A stretch of 64,000 nucleotides of DNA from Candidatus Thorarchaeota archaeon (GCA_020348985.1 CP070761.1:979713-1043712); one strand, 5' to 3'. Positions 9,646 to 19,114 are shown, numbered from the stretch's first letter. Numbers and translations: made by a program. Notes: generated by a model not told the origin, from the letters alone.

Positions 9646-10206
9646 ATGCAGGATATTTTCGCTGCGATGTATAATTGGATGCTAGTCAACGTCTCATCAC
9701 CGCCAGGATCAGCAGTTTTTGTGCTGATTGTGTCAGTTAGCATCTCCACAATCAGCAATATGGCAATGCGACGATTCACGGACATGCGTCGACTCAATAG
9801 GTACCAAACTGAGATCAAGCAATACCGTGAGATGGAGCAACAGGCAAAGAAGACTGGAAACGAGAAGTTGTTGAGAAAGGTCAGAAGGCGAAAGAGCTAC
9901 GTTGACCGCATTCAAAGGGAAATGCTCACTGCTCGCTGTAAGCCAATGATGTTCTTCTTCATACCCTTCATCCTGCTTTTCAATGTCCTCCGAACATTCT
10001 ACCTTGAAGCAGACGGCATAACTCAAACGATCGTAGCGATTCTTCCATTCAATGCCAACAAACTACTGCCTTTCTTGGAAGGTTTCATCGGAGTCCAAAC
10101 CGCTGCAGGTTTTGGACTGTGGTTCTGGCCATTCTACTTCCTAGTCGGTCTTGGTCTCGGACAAATCCTTCAGAGGATACAAGGTGTCCAGATTATGACT
10201 ACTTAG
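9646..10206 (+). CDS. DUF106 / EMC3-TMCO1 (Oxa1 superfamily) membrane insertase-like protein
   Basis: TM1, coiled coil, KPM.F..IP.I motif and further TMs; conserved position after adk. Confidence 0.8.
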   Translation: MQDIFAAMYNWMLVNVSSPPGSAVFVLIVSVSISTISNMAMRRFTDMRRLNRYQTEIKQYREMEQQAKKTGNEKLLRKVRRRKSYVDRIQREMLTARCKPMMFFFIPFILLFNVLRTFYLEADGITQTIVAILPFNANKLLPFLEGFIGVQTAAGFGLWFWPFYFLVGLGLGQILQRIQGVQIMTT

Positions 10207-10336
10207 GAATAAACAAATGCCTAGGTATGGACAGAATCATAGAGAAAGTGATTGCACCCATCGTTGCACACCGCTTTCCTTAAAAGTGAAAACCAAGGGT
10301 GCGTGAGAATAGCACAGGGTTCAGAAGTGAGTGATT

Positions 10337-10606
10337 ATGCCACGACCAGGCCATCTAACGAGAGGAAGAGCAAACCGTACGATTAGGACGCCAGGCGGCA
10401 GATTTGTTGTTCACAGACAGAAGTTCTATCGTGCGAAAGGCACTTGTGCAGAATCCGGTAGACAGCTGCAGCTTCCAAGAAGAGCGAAGCATAGACTAAC
10501 CAGGAAAGCTAGTCATTCTTCGAAGAGACCCAATCGACCATATGGTGGTAAGCTGACTTCCAAGGCACTGAAGCGGGGAATAACTCGACAGCTCCGCAAT
10601 CAGTAG
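10337..10606 (+). CDS. rpl34e: 50S ribosomal protein L34e (divergent)
   Basis: MPRP, RTPGGR..VH and S.KRP.RPYGG.L motifs; position before cmk. Confidence 0.88.
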   Translation: MPRPGHLTRGRANRTIRTPGGRFVVHRQKFYRAKGTCAESGRQLQLPRRAKHRLTRKASHSSKRPNRPYGGKLTSKALKRGITRQLRNQ

Positions 10607-10638
10607 GAGATGATGCACTCCAGATTCGTTCAATTCAG

Positions 10639-11187
10639 GTGATGAACTTGAAACGAACTGTCACAATAGGAGGGCTCCATGGAACAGGAAAGAGCTCGGT
10701 GGCCGACGTTATTGCCAAGCATTTCGATTTGAGAAGAGTCTCAGCGGGAGCAATCTTTCGGGCAATCGCCAAAGAAAGGGGGTATTCTCTGGAGGATTTC
10801 AGTAGAGTCGCCGAAGGTAGCGAGGAAATAGACAGAGAGCTTGATGCTCGGCAGAAGGAAGAAGCAAAGGCAGGGAATGTCGTGCTGGACGGACAACTCT
10901 CAGCATGGATGGCAGGCGAGTACGCTGACTTCAGAATCCTGCTGACAGCGTCTCAAGATGTCCGCATAGCTAGGATAGCTGGAAGGGACGGAGTTAGTAT
11001 TGAGGAAGCAACGCAGGAAACGGTTGCCAGAGAGAATAGTGAGATAGAGAGATACAAGGAGTACTATGGAATAGACATCTCTGACCTCTCGAAGTATGAT
11101 CTTGTCCTGAACACCGAAAAGTTCAGTCTGGAGGGCGTGGTCAAAGTCGTAATTGCGGCCCTGGAGAACTTCTTCTCTCAGAAGTGA
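10639..11187 (+). CDS. cmk: Cytidylate kinase (archaeal)
   Basis: TIGGLHGTGKSS, SAG.IFR..A, ID..LD and RY..YYGID..D.S.YDLV motifs. Confidence 0.93.
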   Translation: MMNLKRTVTIGGLHGTGKSSVADVIAKHFDLRRVSAGAIFRAIAKERGYSLEDFSRVAEGSEEIDRELDARQKEEAKAGNVVLDGQLSAWMAGEYADFRILLTASQDVRIARIAGRDGVSIEEATQETVARENSEIERYKEYYGIDISDLSKYDLVLNTEKFSLEGVVKVVIAALENFFSQK

Positions 11188-11323
11188 GCTCGTCCTCAAA
11201 CAATCAAAGCGCAATGTCTATATTGTGACCGACAGTCGGCACCCTAGTCTCCCAGCCAAGGAATGGGGTCATGAGGTGACTTGTGACTGCAGCTTGACTG
11301 AGGCATGGTTGAGGTTGGAAGAA

Positions 11324-11605
11324 ATGAAACTGTACGAAACAGGAAGAGTCTGTGTAAAGACCATGGGCCGTGAAGCCGGAAGCTACTGCGTCGTAGTTGA
11401 GCAGAGTGAAGGTAAGTACGTCATCGTCACGGGCCCACAGCATCTCAGTGGAGTGCGAAGAAGAAGAGCGAACATTGGACATCTCGAACCCCTTGAAACG
11501 ATAATCTCGATTAAAGAGGGTGCGGACGACCAAGAGGTTGAGAACGCCATCAGAGAGGCAGGACTCGAAGAAACCTTCAGGTCCGGAGTCCGTCTGCCAG
11601 AGTAA
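11324..11605 (+). CDS. rpl14e: 50S ribosomal protein L14e
   Basis: GRVCVK..GREAG..CVVV and GV.RRR.N..HLEP motifs; ATG at 11324 is the probable start. Confidence 0.93.
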   Translation: MKLYETGRVCVKTMGREAGSYCVVVEQSEGKYVIVTGPQHLSGVRRRRANIGHLEPLETIISIKEGADDQEVENAIREAGLEETFRSGVRLPE

Positions 11606-11643
11606 TAACCGGTGTTCAAGCCAGTCGTAATGGGGGAACCCAA

Positions 11644-12651
11644 ATGCCCGGCATCCTCCCATCTGACCTCCCCCGCGAACTCATTGTGAAGACTTCACAT
11701 TCTACAAGTAGCGACTATGGATTTCTATCATTAGACAATCTGCCAATTGAGTATCTTCTTGAGAACGGAGTAATCTCACTTGACAAGCCTGCAGGTCCGA
11801 CAAGTCATGAGGTCGCAACTTGGGTCCGGTCGATTCTGAATATTGAACGGGTCGGTCACGGAGGCACACTCGACCCGGGTGTAACGGGAATTCTTCCACT
11901 CGGGATTGGAAATGCTACGAAAGCGATGCAAGCACTGCTACCTGCAGGAAAAGAGTATGTTTGCGTGCTAGAGCTCCATGAGATGGCTTCCGAAGCAAGA
12001 ATCCAGGAGGTACTTGCAGAATTCGTTGGAAAGGTGTATCAGAAGCCCCCTCTGCGTTCGTCAGTGAAAAGGGTCCTGCGAGTTCGAGAGATATACTACA
12101 TAGACATCAATGAGATCAAAGGCAAGCTCGTGCTATTTCACGCGGGATGCCAGGCTGGAACCTACATACGCAAGCTCTGCTATGATGTTGGTGAGGCACT
12201 TGGATCTGGGGGGCATATGAGAGAGCTGCGCCGTACTCGGGTTGGAGCCTTCAGAGAAGACGAGCACCTTTGCACGCTGTTAGACTTGAAGGATGCGTAT
12301 CAGTTCTGGAGGGAAGACGGTGACGAACAGGAATTGCGACGGTACGTACAGCCTATCGAGTTTGCCATGAAGCATCTTCCTGAGATTAATGTTCGTGACA
12401 GTGCTGTTGATGCGATTTGCCACGGTGCCAGCCTCGCCGCGAGCGGAGTCGTCAGTTTAAGCAATGGTATCAAAAAGGATGATGCTGTTGCACTCAAAAC
12501 CATGAAAGGTGAGATCATTGCAATCGCCAAGGCTGCTGCAACAAGTGATGCCATAATCAAGGCAAATAGCGGCCTAGTGGCAATGACTGAACGCGTCTTT
12601 ATGGAGAGAGGACGATATCCGTCACAGTGGAAGAAACGCACGAAAGAATAG
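11644..12651 (+). CDS. cbf5: H/ACA pseudouridine synthase Cbf5
   Basis: LDKP.GPTSHEV, GHGGTLDP, YQ.PPL.S.VKR and GTYIRKLC motifs; C-terminal PUA domain. Confidence 0.96.
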   Translation: MPGILPSDLPRELIVKTSHSTSSDYGFLSLDNLPIEYLLENGVISLDKPAGPTSHEVATWVRSILNIERVGHGGTLDPGVTGILPLGIGNATKAMQALLPAGKEYVCVLELHEMASEARIQEVLAEFVGKVYQKPPLRSSVKRVLRVREIYYIDINEIKGKLVLFHAGCQAGTYIRKLCYDVGEALGSGGHMRELRRTRVGAFREDEHLCTLLDLKDAYQFWREDGDEQELRRYVQPIEFAMKHLPEINVRDSAVDAICHGASLAASGVVSLSNGIKKDDAVALKTMKGEIIAIAKAAATSDAIIKANSGLVAMTERVFMERGRYPSQWKKRTKE

Positions 12652-12702
12652 AATTGTTCGACTTCATCGAGAAGTTCTTAATGCTTCCAGTCGTATTCTG
12701 AG

Positions 12703-13055
12703 TGGCTCTGGAGCAAGAGTGCGACTGACGGTAGCAGTCCTTCAGGACAGCAGCTGAGGAAGCTCCCAACTACATGCCGGTACCGGTCCTGTGCGAACAG
12801 GGAGGTGAGAGCCTCGCTCTGGAAACAGAAACGACACCTCCAATTCACGTTTGACTGTGATACGGACTCGAATCCGTTGAGAAGTGATTTGGCCAGGTTG
12901 AAACGGTCCATCACCGGGTTAGCAATCTCAAGAATACGCCTACGACGTGCCGGCCCGAGGCGTAGGGTAGAGAGCATAGTTTGATGTCGCAAAGCTCTAC
13001 TCTGGTAACTCAGTAGGGCAGAACAGAATTGGGGCTACTCCTTGCACCAGGGCCA
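12703..13055 (+). ncRNA. rnpB: RNase P RNA (archaeal type A)
   Basis: P1 TGGCTCTGG/CCAGGGCCA; CR-I GAGGAAGCTCCCAA pairs with CR-V ACAGAATTGGGGCTA (P4); ACAGAAAC, TGAAAC and AGCAA conserved regions; GNRA-capped P8/P9; P2 TGCGAC/GTCGCA; P19 present. Confidence 0.93.
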
Positions 13056-13058
13056 TCT

Positions 13059-13613
13059 TCACCTATTGGAGTCACGTTGGTGATTCTCCATAATCTCTTG
13101 TTGTGTAGCGACGACTTCTGTACTCGAACTGCACGATGCGTAGGCATCTAGCCATTCTTTGTTGAGAGTCAGAAATGCGTGGCCCCATTTGAACACAGAT
13201 ATTACCCTCTCCGCCGCATCCTCAAGCCCAATGATGTACAATGCAGACGCAATAGCCTCAGCTGTTGAGAGCTTTATTGGTTTGTACGTATTAGTAGGAT
13301 TAGCAGCCAATAGGTAAGGCAGAGCGCGTTGGATTCCGTATCTTGATCGATTGAAGATTTCTTCTGCTTGCTTCCATGAGCAGTCCAAACCTACCAGACC
13401 GGACTGTAATAGAGAGACTTTGTCGGCCCTCGAGAACGCCGTGTCTGCCGTGGGATTGAGGACGATGGCCTCTCGTGGGATTCGCCTCATCTCCTTCAGG
13501 GTCTCTGCGATCTTGAACCTAGCCAATCTGTGTCCTGTGCACTTCTTTGGGTCACATTGGCCCGCCTGATACACAAGCAGATTGGGAAGTCCACTCTTCT
13601 GAGCTGCCATCAT
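13059..13613 (-). CDS. tsr3: rRNA aminocarboxypropyltransferase Tsr3 (DUF367)
   Basis: CDPKKCTG..L, LDCSW, RALPYL.AANP.N..KP.KLST.EA and FKWG..FL.LN motifs. Confidence 0.93.
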   Translation of the reverse strand: MMAAQKSGLPNLLVYQAGQCDPKKCTGHRLARFKIAETLKEMRRIPREAIVLNPTADTAFSRADKVSLLQSGLVGLDCSWKQAEEIFNRSRYGIQRALPYLLAANPTNTYKPIKLSTAEAIASALYIIGLEDAAERVISVFKWGHAFLTLNKEWLDAYASCSSSTEVVATQQEIMENHQRDSNR

Positions 13614-13671
13614 GTAGGAGCTAGTGCAAAACAGATTTCAGGTTTGCTACTTCCAATCCATGTGTCCGACC

Positions 13672-13938
13672 ATGTCAGGTGAAACTAACGAGGAATGCGA
13701 GATTTGCGGAGACGGTCTAGTCTCATCAATCGTTTGCCGCATGTGCGACTCGACTGTATGTCCAAACTGTACTCAAGGGACAGAGGAGCTTTGCCTGACA
13801 TGTTATGAAGCGAAGTGCAGGATTTGTGGTGATTATCTTTCATCTCGGGCTTGTGACAGATGTGGGAATCCGGTCTGTGAAGATCACAGTGTTAGAATCG
13901 ATGCTGCGACAGTCTGTGATGGATGCAGGATGAGTTGA
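13672..13938 (+). CDS. Small Cys-rich multi-zinc-finger protein
   Basis: Seven CxxC plus one CxxH in about 88 aa; overlaps the tiaS start region. Confidence 0.7.
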   Translation: MSGETNEECEICGDGLVSSIVCRMCDSTVCPNCTQGTEELCLTCYEAKCRICGDYLSSRACDRCGNPVCEDHSVRIDAATVCDGCRMS

Positions 13939-15275
13939 TAGTGGTGGAGGAAAGGATTCACCTAGGAATGGACGACATTGACAGTCCGAGAGGGGGCTGC
14001 ACCACACACTTTGCGAGTTTGCTTGTAGAGTACCTGTCCACAATCGGCGCAAAGTGGATAGACTATCCGAACCTAGTCAGACTCAATCCGAACATCCCGT
14101 ATAGAACACGAGGGAATGGAGCAGTCGCTCTGCGGTTTGATATCGACTCCTCGGAAAGCGAAGGGATACTGAAGTGGGTTAGTGAGAAGATAGTTGGATA
14201 CATCGAGAAGTCCTACCCCAACACCAACCCCGGAGTTATCATCGTGAAGGGAGAGATTTCAAACGATGTCACCAATTTCGCGCGGAGAGCCCTTTGGAGA
14301 GCACTTCCTATAGAATTAGCCCGAAGGATACTGAGAAAACACGAGTTGATGCATTTCTGTGTTGGTAATGGTAGAGGGTTGATTGGAGCTTTATCTTCCA
14401 TTGGAAACCAGCTACGAAACGACCACACCTATGAATTCCTCGCATATCGAGGTTTGGACGCCATCGGTGAGACCAGAGGTGTGAACCCTCAGTCTGTCAT
14501 AGAGATGGACAAGATGTTCTCAGGCCGTCTCTTCTCCAATCTCGATCCCGTGTCTGGTAGAATACTGGTAGAGCCCAGAGGCCCAGATCCAGTCCTTTTT
14601 GGGTTGAGAGGAGAAGCGGCGGGCGACGTAATCCGGGCCGCGGACCATGTGCAAAGCAGCCAGGACATTGACAGATGGATGGTCTTCAGAACGAATCAAG
14701 GCACGAATGAGCACTTGGAGAACAGACTTCAGATATCAAGACTGCGGCCATATATCGCTGTGACTGTAGAGGGGAGAGTAGAATCGCAACCAACTATGCT
14801 AGAGGGCGGTCATGTCGTTTTCAAACTGGGTGACGATTCTGGAACCATTGAATGTGCTGCGTACGAGCCTTCGGGCGATTTTCGCAAGACCATCCTGCTG
14901 CTTAGACAGGGCGACAGCATTGTGATTCTGGCGGGAGTGAGGCCTTCATCCAAGAACCATGGATTAACTCTCAATGTAGAGGGATTGCAGGTTCGGGAGG
15001 TCACAGAGCAGGTGGAATATGCTAATCCAGTTTGCCCCAGGTGTGATCGGAGGATGAAGAGTGCTGGCAAACAGAAAGGATTCAAGTGCGCAAATTGTGG
15101 TCATAGAGACGCTGTTGCAGAGAAGATCGCCACACCGGTATCTAGAAGCCTTAAGATTGGGTACTACCTTCCACCTTTGTCCGCACAAAGACATCTTACG
15201 CGGCCCCTAGCTAGGATCAAACGACGTAATCGGGGAAGACCAGATCATATGGTCGAGGAATGGCATATTCCCTAG
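13923..15275 (+). CDS. tiaS: tRNA(Ile2) 2-agmatinylcytidine synthetase
   Basis: G.DD.DS..GGCTT, LVRLNPNIPY.TRGNGAV, GRGLIGAL, P.GPDPVL.G.RG, OB fold and zinc ribbon. Confidence 0.95.
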   Translation: MQDELIVVEERIHLGMDDIDSPRGGCTTHFASLLVEYLSTIGAKWIDYPNLVRLNPNIPYRTRGNGAVALRFDIDSSESEGILKWVSEKIVGYIEKSYPNTNPGVIIVKGEISNDVTNFARRALWRALPIELARRILRKHELMHFCVGNGRGLIGALSSIGNQLRNDHTYEFLAYRGLDAIGETRGVNPQSVIEMDKMFSGRLFSNLDPVSGRILVEPRGPDPVLFGLRGEAAGDVIRAADHVQSSQDIDRWMVFRTNQGTNEHLENRLQISRLRPYIAVTVEGRVESQPTMLEGGHVVFKLGDDSGTIECAAYEPSGDFRKTILLLRQGDSIVILAGVRPSSKNHGLTLNVEGLQVREVTEQVEYANPVCPRCDRRMKSAGKQKGFKCANCGHRDAVAEKIATPVSRSLKIGYYLPPLSAQRHLTRPLARIKRRNRGRPDHMVEEWHIP

Positions 15276-15300
15276 ACCGTGAGAACTGAATGAATGTACT

Positions 15301-15702
15301 TTAGACCCTTCGGCCACGCCGACCGCCGGGCTTCCGTGTCCCATCGTGCGGCATTGGGGTAACTTCGTCAATGATACCGATTCTCAGACCTGCACGGCTA
15401 AGAGCACGGATTGCCGCCTGAGCTCCGGGCCCGGGAGTCTTGGGACCGTGTCCACCGGGGGCTCTAACACGGATGTGTATCCCGTAAATCCCTTTGTCTT
15501 TGGCTTCACGCGCAGCTTGAAAGGCAGCCTGCATTGCGGCATGTGGTGATGATTCATTGCGGTCTGCTTTCACCATCATTCCACCAGAGTAGCGGGCGAT
15601 TGTCTCAGCACCGGTGATGTCAGTAATGTGTACAATCGAGTCGTTATACGAAGCGAAGATATGTGCTATGCCCCACTTAGTTCTCTCTTCCTTTCTACTC
15701 AT
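15301..15702 (-). CDS. rps11: 30S ribosomal protein uS11
   Basis: [24 protein letters not shown] and [14 protein letters not shown] motifs. Confidence 0.98.
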   Translation of the reverse strand: MSRKEERTKWGIAHIFASYNDSIVHITDITGAETIARYSGGMMVKADRNESSPHAAMQAAFQAAREAKDKGIYGIHIRVRAPGGHGPKTPGPGAQAAIRALSRAGLRIGIIDEVTPMPHDGTRKPGGRRGRRV

Positions 15703-16322
15703 TCGGTATCACCTGGCATTGGTTCTCTCTCGTCTTTAACCCCATCTGTATCCGTGTCAATGACAGACTCTTCATCAGGTACCTCTACAATCCTACGTGC
15801 GGCATCCGAGGCCGCAATTCTGGCTGGATGCGATTCATCGTTGAGAGGAGATTTCCCAGCATATGTCAAGCGGCCTTCCTCAGCAATTGTGATGATTCTG
15901 GCAGGTGTCGTCACTCTCGCACTATCAAGTGCTATGTGTCCGTGCGTGACTAGCTGCCTGGCATGGTACATAGAACATGCCAAACCCTTTCTGAATATGA
16001 GTGTCTGCAATCTTCTCTCAAGAAGATTCTCGAGCGTTAGGTCTAGTACATGATCGAGAGTGGGTTCAGTCGTTAATACTCCATTTCGAGTCAGTCTGTC
16101 TACAAGCTCTCGTTCAAGCTGGGCTCGTTCAGATACTGGCAGTGCAAGTAGATTCCTTGCTTGCCGTCGATATCCCGAGAGCTCCGTCCTGTGCCTCCAC
16201 AATTCCCTCTTGTTCCTGAGACCATAAGACCCCACGAGCTGCAATTCCTGCTCAAAGCGGTCACTGTCAAATGGCCGCTTCGGAGCCACGTACTTCTTTT
16301 TGGATCTTCTGGGGTCTCCCAT
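15699..16322 (-). CDS. rps4: 30S ribosomal protein uS4
   Basis: MGDP....[21 protein letters not shown] and [10 protein letters not shown] motifs. Confidence 0.97.
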   Translation of the reverse strand: MGDPRRSKKKYVAPKRPFDSDRFEQELQLVGSYGLRNKRELWRHRTELSGYRRQARNLLALPVSERAQLERELVDRLTRNGVLTTEPTLDHVLDLTLENLLERRLQTLIFRKGLACSMYHARQLVTHGHIALDSARVTTPARIITIAEEGRLTYAGKSPLNDESHPARIAASDAARRIVEVPDEESVIDTDTDGVKDEREPMPGDTE

Positions 16323-16338
16323 GCTAAGCGACCTCTGT

Positions 16339-16791
16339 CTATGTCTTCTTCCTCGAAACTCCTACGGCCATTCCGGCACGTCCGGTAGTTCTGGTGTGCT
16401 GACCTCTTGCCTTGAGACCTAATGAGTGTCTCACGCCACGCCATGATTTTATCCGTTTTAGTCGGTCAATGTCACTACGATGAGCAAATTGTAGATCCGA
16501 GCCTATGAGGTGCAACATCCTTCCTGATAGTCGATCTCGAGGCCGGTTGATATACCACTCTGGCATCTTGGCGGTCACCGGATCCTTTACGAACTCCTCT
16601 ATTCTCGCAATATTCTCATCAGTCATGAAACCGAGTCGGTCATATGGGTCAATCTCCAACCGATTCAGAATCGCCCTTGAAAGCCTAAGTCCAACTCCTC
16701 GGATTCGGGTTAGCCCTTGAAGGATATTCTCTTGGCCATCGATGTCGTGGCCTGCGAGTCTAACGATGTGTTTATACTCTTGCTCGGACAT
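16339..16791 (-). CDS. rps13: 30S ribosomal protein uS13
   Basis: L..I.GVG, P.W..NR..D and I.SWRG.RH..GL..RGQ.T.TTGR motifs. Confidence 0.97.
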   Translation of the reverse strand: MSEQEYKHIVRLAGHDIDGQENILQGLTRIRGVGLRLSRAILNRLEIDPYDRLGFMTDENIARIEEFVKDPVTAKMPEWYINRPRDRLSGRMLHLIGSDLQFAHRSDIDRLKRIKSWRGVRHSLGLKARGQHTRTTGRAGMAVGVSRKKT

Positions 16792-16910
16792 GGTCTATAA
16801 CCTCATACGAACTGACATGAGGCTTGCTCGCCTCTTTCAGGGGCCTTATAACCATTACCATAAGGAAAGGCTATGAACTGCTCAAAATCGGCAAGATGAT
16901 GAGGGAATTG

Positions 16911-17822
16911 TCACGCGGCCTCTAACAGCTCGTCTCCTTCAAACTTTAGGAGTTCATCAACTGGAATATCAGGTATCTGGACATTCACATGCTTTGCCGC
17001 GGTATTGAGGAGAATCCGCATGAAGTCATCACGATAAGCAAGATCAATTGCCACCAAGGGATGTGTTTCGGCGCCGATTATCTTCTCAATTATGGACGGG
17101 TCAAGGGCATTGGGCAAATCCTGTTTGTTGGCTATGACAACGATTGGAATGTTGGCGGCATCCCGTCTTATCATTGTAAACATGTCCTTCGAGAGAATAA
17201 CATTTCGAAGAGTCGAGTCCGTAAGTAGGAATACAATGTCTGCCCCCTTGAAGTACAACTTCCAAAGCTTGCGGAATCGCTCTTGACCTGCAAAGTCCCA
17301 AATCACCAAGGAGTAATTCGCAAAATGGATGTTTTCGATGACTTGCATGTCTAGCGCGACAGTAGGGATGTACTGAGTTGGTGGCTGCTCGCCCATCAAG
17401 AGATGCAATGTGGTAGTCTTGCCAACACCGCCTTCTCCAACCAGTGCTATCTTCAGCTTTGAGCGCACAAACGGGGCCATGATGTTAGCGTACCTCTTTT
17501 TGATGTGCGTGACAGGGTGCCTCTCCAGCAACTCCGCAATGGCCTTCGCGGCACTATCGATTTTTTCGTTGACAACGCGGTCGTTTTCACCAATGTCGGC
17601 GATGAAGAGAAGGGCAATCTTCTCCGTACACATCCTGCAGAAGTACTTGTTACCGCCTATGTTTAGGGAAATGTCTTCTCTACCGCGCGAGACCTTTCTC
17701 AGTTCCTCTAGTGCCGCCAAGTACTCGTTGATTTCTTTTCTCGGCACTTGGACGGTCCAGTATTTAGTAGACGCAATTGTGCGTTTACTGCCGGGCCGAA
17801 TTAGCACCGTGCTGTGTATCAA
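16911..17822 (-). CDS. Arf-like small GTPase with N-terminal longin-like domain
   Basis: G1 GEGGVGKTT, G2 YIPT, G3 WDFAGQERFR.LW..Y, G4 NKQD. The ~120-aa N-terminal domain starts (M)IHSTVLI. Likely TTG start at 17822; the ORF is open to 17918. Confidence 0.85.
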   Translation of the reverse strand: MIHSTVLIRPGSKRTIASTKYWTVQVPRKEINEYLAALEELRKVSRGREDISLNIGGNKYFCRMCTEKIALLFIADIGENDRVVNEKIDSAAKAIAELLERHPVTHIKKRYANIMAPFVRSKLKIALVGEGGVGKTTTLHLLMGEQPPTQYIPTVALDMQVIENIHFANYSLVIWDFAGQERFRKLWKLYFKGADIVFLLTDSTLRNVILSKDMFTMIRRDAANIPIVVIANKQDLPNALDPSIIEKIIGAETHPLVAIDLAYRDDFMRILLNTAAKHVNVQIPDIPVDELLKFEGDELLEAA

Positions 17823-18056
17823 TGATCGTCCGCCTTGCAATTCTGACAGAAAGATTGTCAGAGCTTTCTTGTAACCATTACAAGAATGGCCAATCTCGCA
17901 TAAATCTAGTGAGGGCACGACAATTTAAGCTGAATTCGGGCAAGGTCCTTCGCAAAATGGGTGCATATGTCCTGGAACCCAATCTCTTTGGAATACCGTC
18001 ACATGGTGGCCAAAGATTATAATCGACTGCATATGCACTTCGCTCGATGGTTTGCG

Positions 18057-18815
18057 ATGGTCCTGGATAATCCCCAGAAAGCAATTCTGACCAAACGTGT
18101 GAAAAGTAGAGCAATTGATGCGGGTTTCGTTTCTGTAGGTGTGGCAGAAGTAGACAGGCTGAGAGAACTCTATTACGGCTGGGCTGGTGAGGTCCGTGAG
18201 ATATTCAGGCCGGAGAAAGAACTCCCTTCCACGAGATCGGTTGTAGTGATGGCATACAGCATTCCGGATCATGGCTACTTCCTGAACATTCCCGCACCAA
18301 GATTGAGAAGCAGCGAAAAGCATCAAGAGAGTAAAGGACCAGGTCACAATAGCTATGTCTATGAAGTAATGAAGAACAAAGCTTGGAGAGTTGTAGAATA
18401 CCTTAGAGATGAGGGTTTCGAGACGAAATGGTCAGTAGGAATTCCTCTAAAGACAACTGGTGTTCTCTGCGGTATTGGTTATCAGGGAAAAAGCTCGCTT
18501 CTGGTGACTCCTAGTCACGGCCCTCGTGTAGACCTAATAGCTATCTTGACGTCGGCTGAGCTTAATCCAGATGTGCCGTTTGAGAGGGACCTGTGCGGTA
18601 CATGTGAAAAATGTATCATTGCATGTCCAACAAACGCAATAGAGCCCTATAGACTAAGAATCAATCATTGCATGGTATATCCATTGGAATGTCCTGACTC
18701 AACTGAAGTCCCTGATAGTGTGAGGGAGAAAGCAGACCAACTAATCACACGGCCCACAAGGAGCAGCTTCATCCAGTGCTCAAGATGCATGGATGTTTGT
18801 CCTATTGGACGATAA
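18057..18815 (+). CDS. Epoxyqueuosine reductase/reductive dehalogenase-like 4Fe-4S protein
   Basis: A...GF..VGVA, GIGYQGKSSLLVTP.HGPRV.L..ILT, CGTCEKCIIACP and C.RC.DVCP.G motifs. Confidence 0.8.
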   Translation: MVLDNPQKAILTKRVKSRAIDAGFVSVGVAEVDRLRELYYGWAGEVREIFRPEKELPSTRSVVVMAYSIPDHGYFLNIPAPRLRSSEKHQESKGPGHNSYVYEVMKNKAWRVVEYLRDEGFETKWSVGIPLKTTGVLCGIGYQGKSSLLVTPSHGPRVDLIAILTSAELNPDVPFERDLCGTCEKCIIACPTNAIEPYRLRINHCMVYPLECPDSTEVPDSVREKADQLITRPTRSSFIQCSRCMDVCPIGR

Positions 18816-18904
18816 GACATTCAAATGGCTACGCACAATGGGCGTATGAATCCACTCAGGATAGCGACAGTCTTAAAACAAATCAATCTCTGTCCGTGCC
18901 CGAT

Positions 18905-19022
18905 GCCTGGGTAGCCAAGCGGCGACGGCGGCAGCCTGGAGTTTCTCGTCTGTTCAGATGGGTCTAACAGGCAGCTGCTCTCCCTTTGGGAGGCATGAGT
19001 TCGAATCTCATCCCAGGCGCCA
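18905..19022 (+). tRNA. tRNA-Ser(GGA) with 31-nt intron at 37/38 (18942-18972), CCA encoded
   Basis: Acceptor GCCTGGG/CCCAGGC, discriminator G, anticodon stem GCAGC/GCTGC, loop CT-GGA-G|A, long variable arm CTCCC-TTT-GGGAG, T-arm ATGAG-TTCGAAT-CTCAT; TATA-like CTTAAAA upstream. Confidence 0.93.
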
Positions 19023-19114
19023 TTCTCTGCTGTTGATTTTTCATTACTGGGTTTGAAGCATTGATATCTTCTTGTGAGAACAATATCAGGAAACGCTCGA
19101 GAGGCTTGCATCTG

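Noticed and set aside
11153-11323. N-terminal extension of L14e in the ORF track
   Set aside because: Overlaps cmk; homology begins at ATG 11324
12678-12992. 104-aa minus-strand ORF
   Set aside because: Antisense to the RNase P RNA gene; no protein motifs
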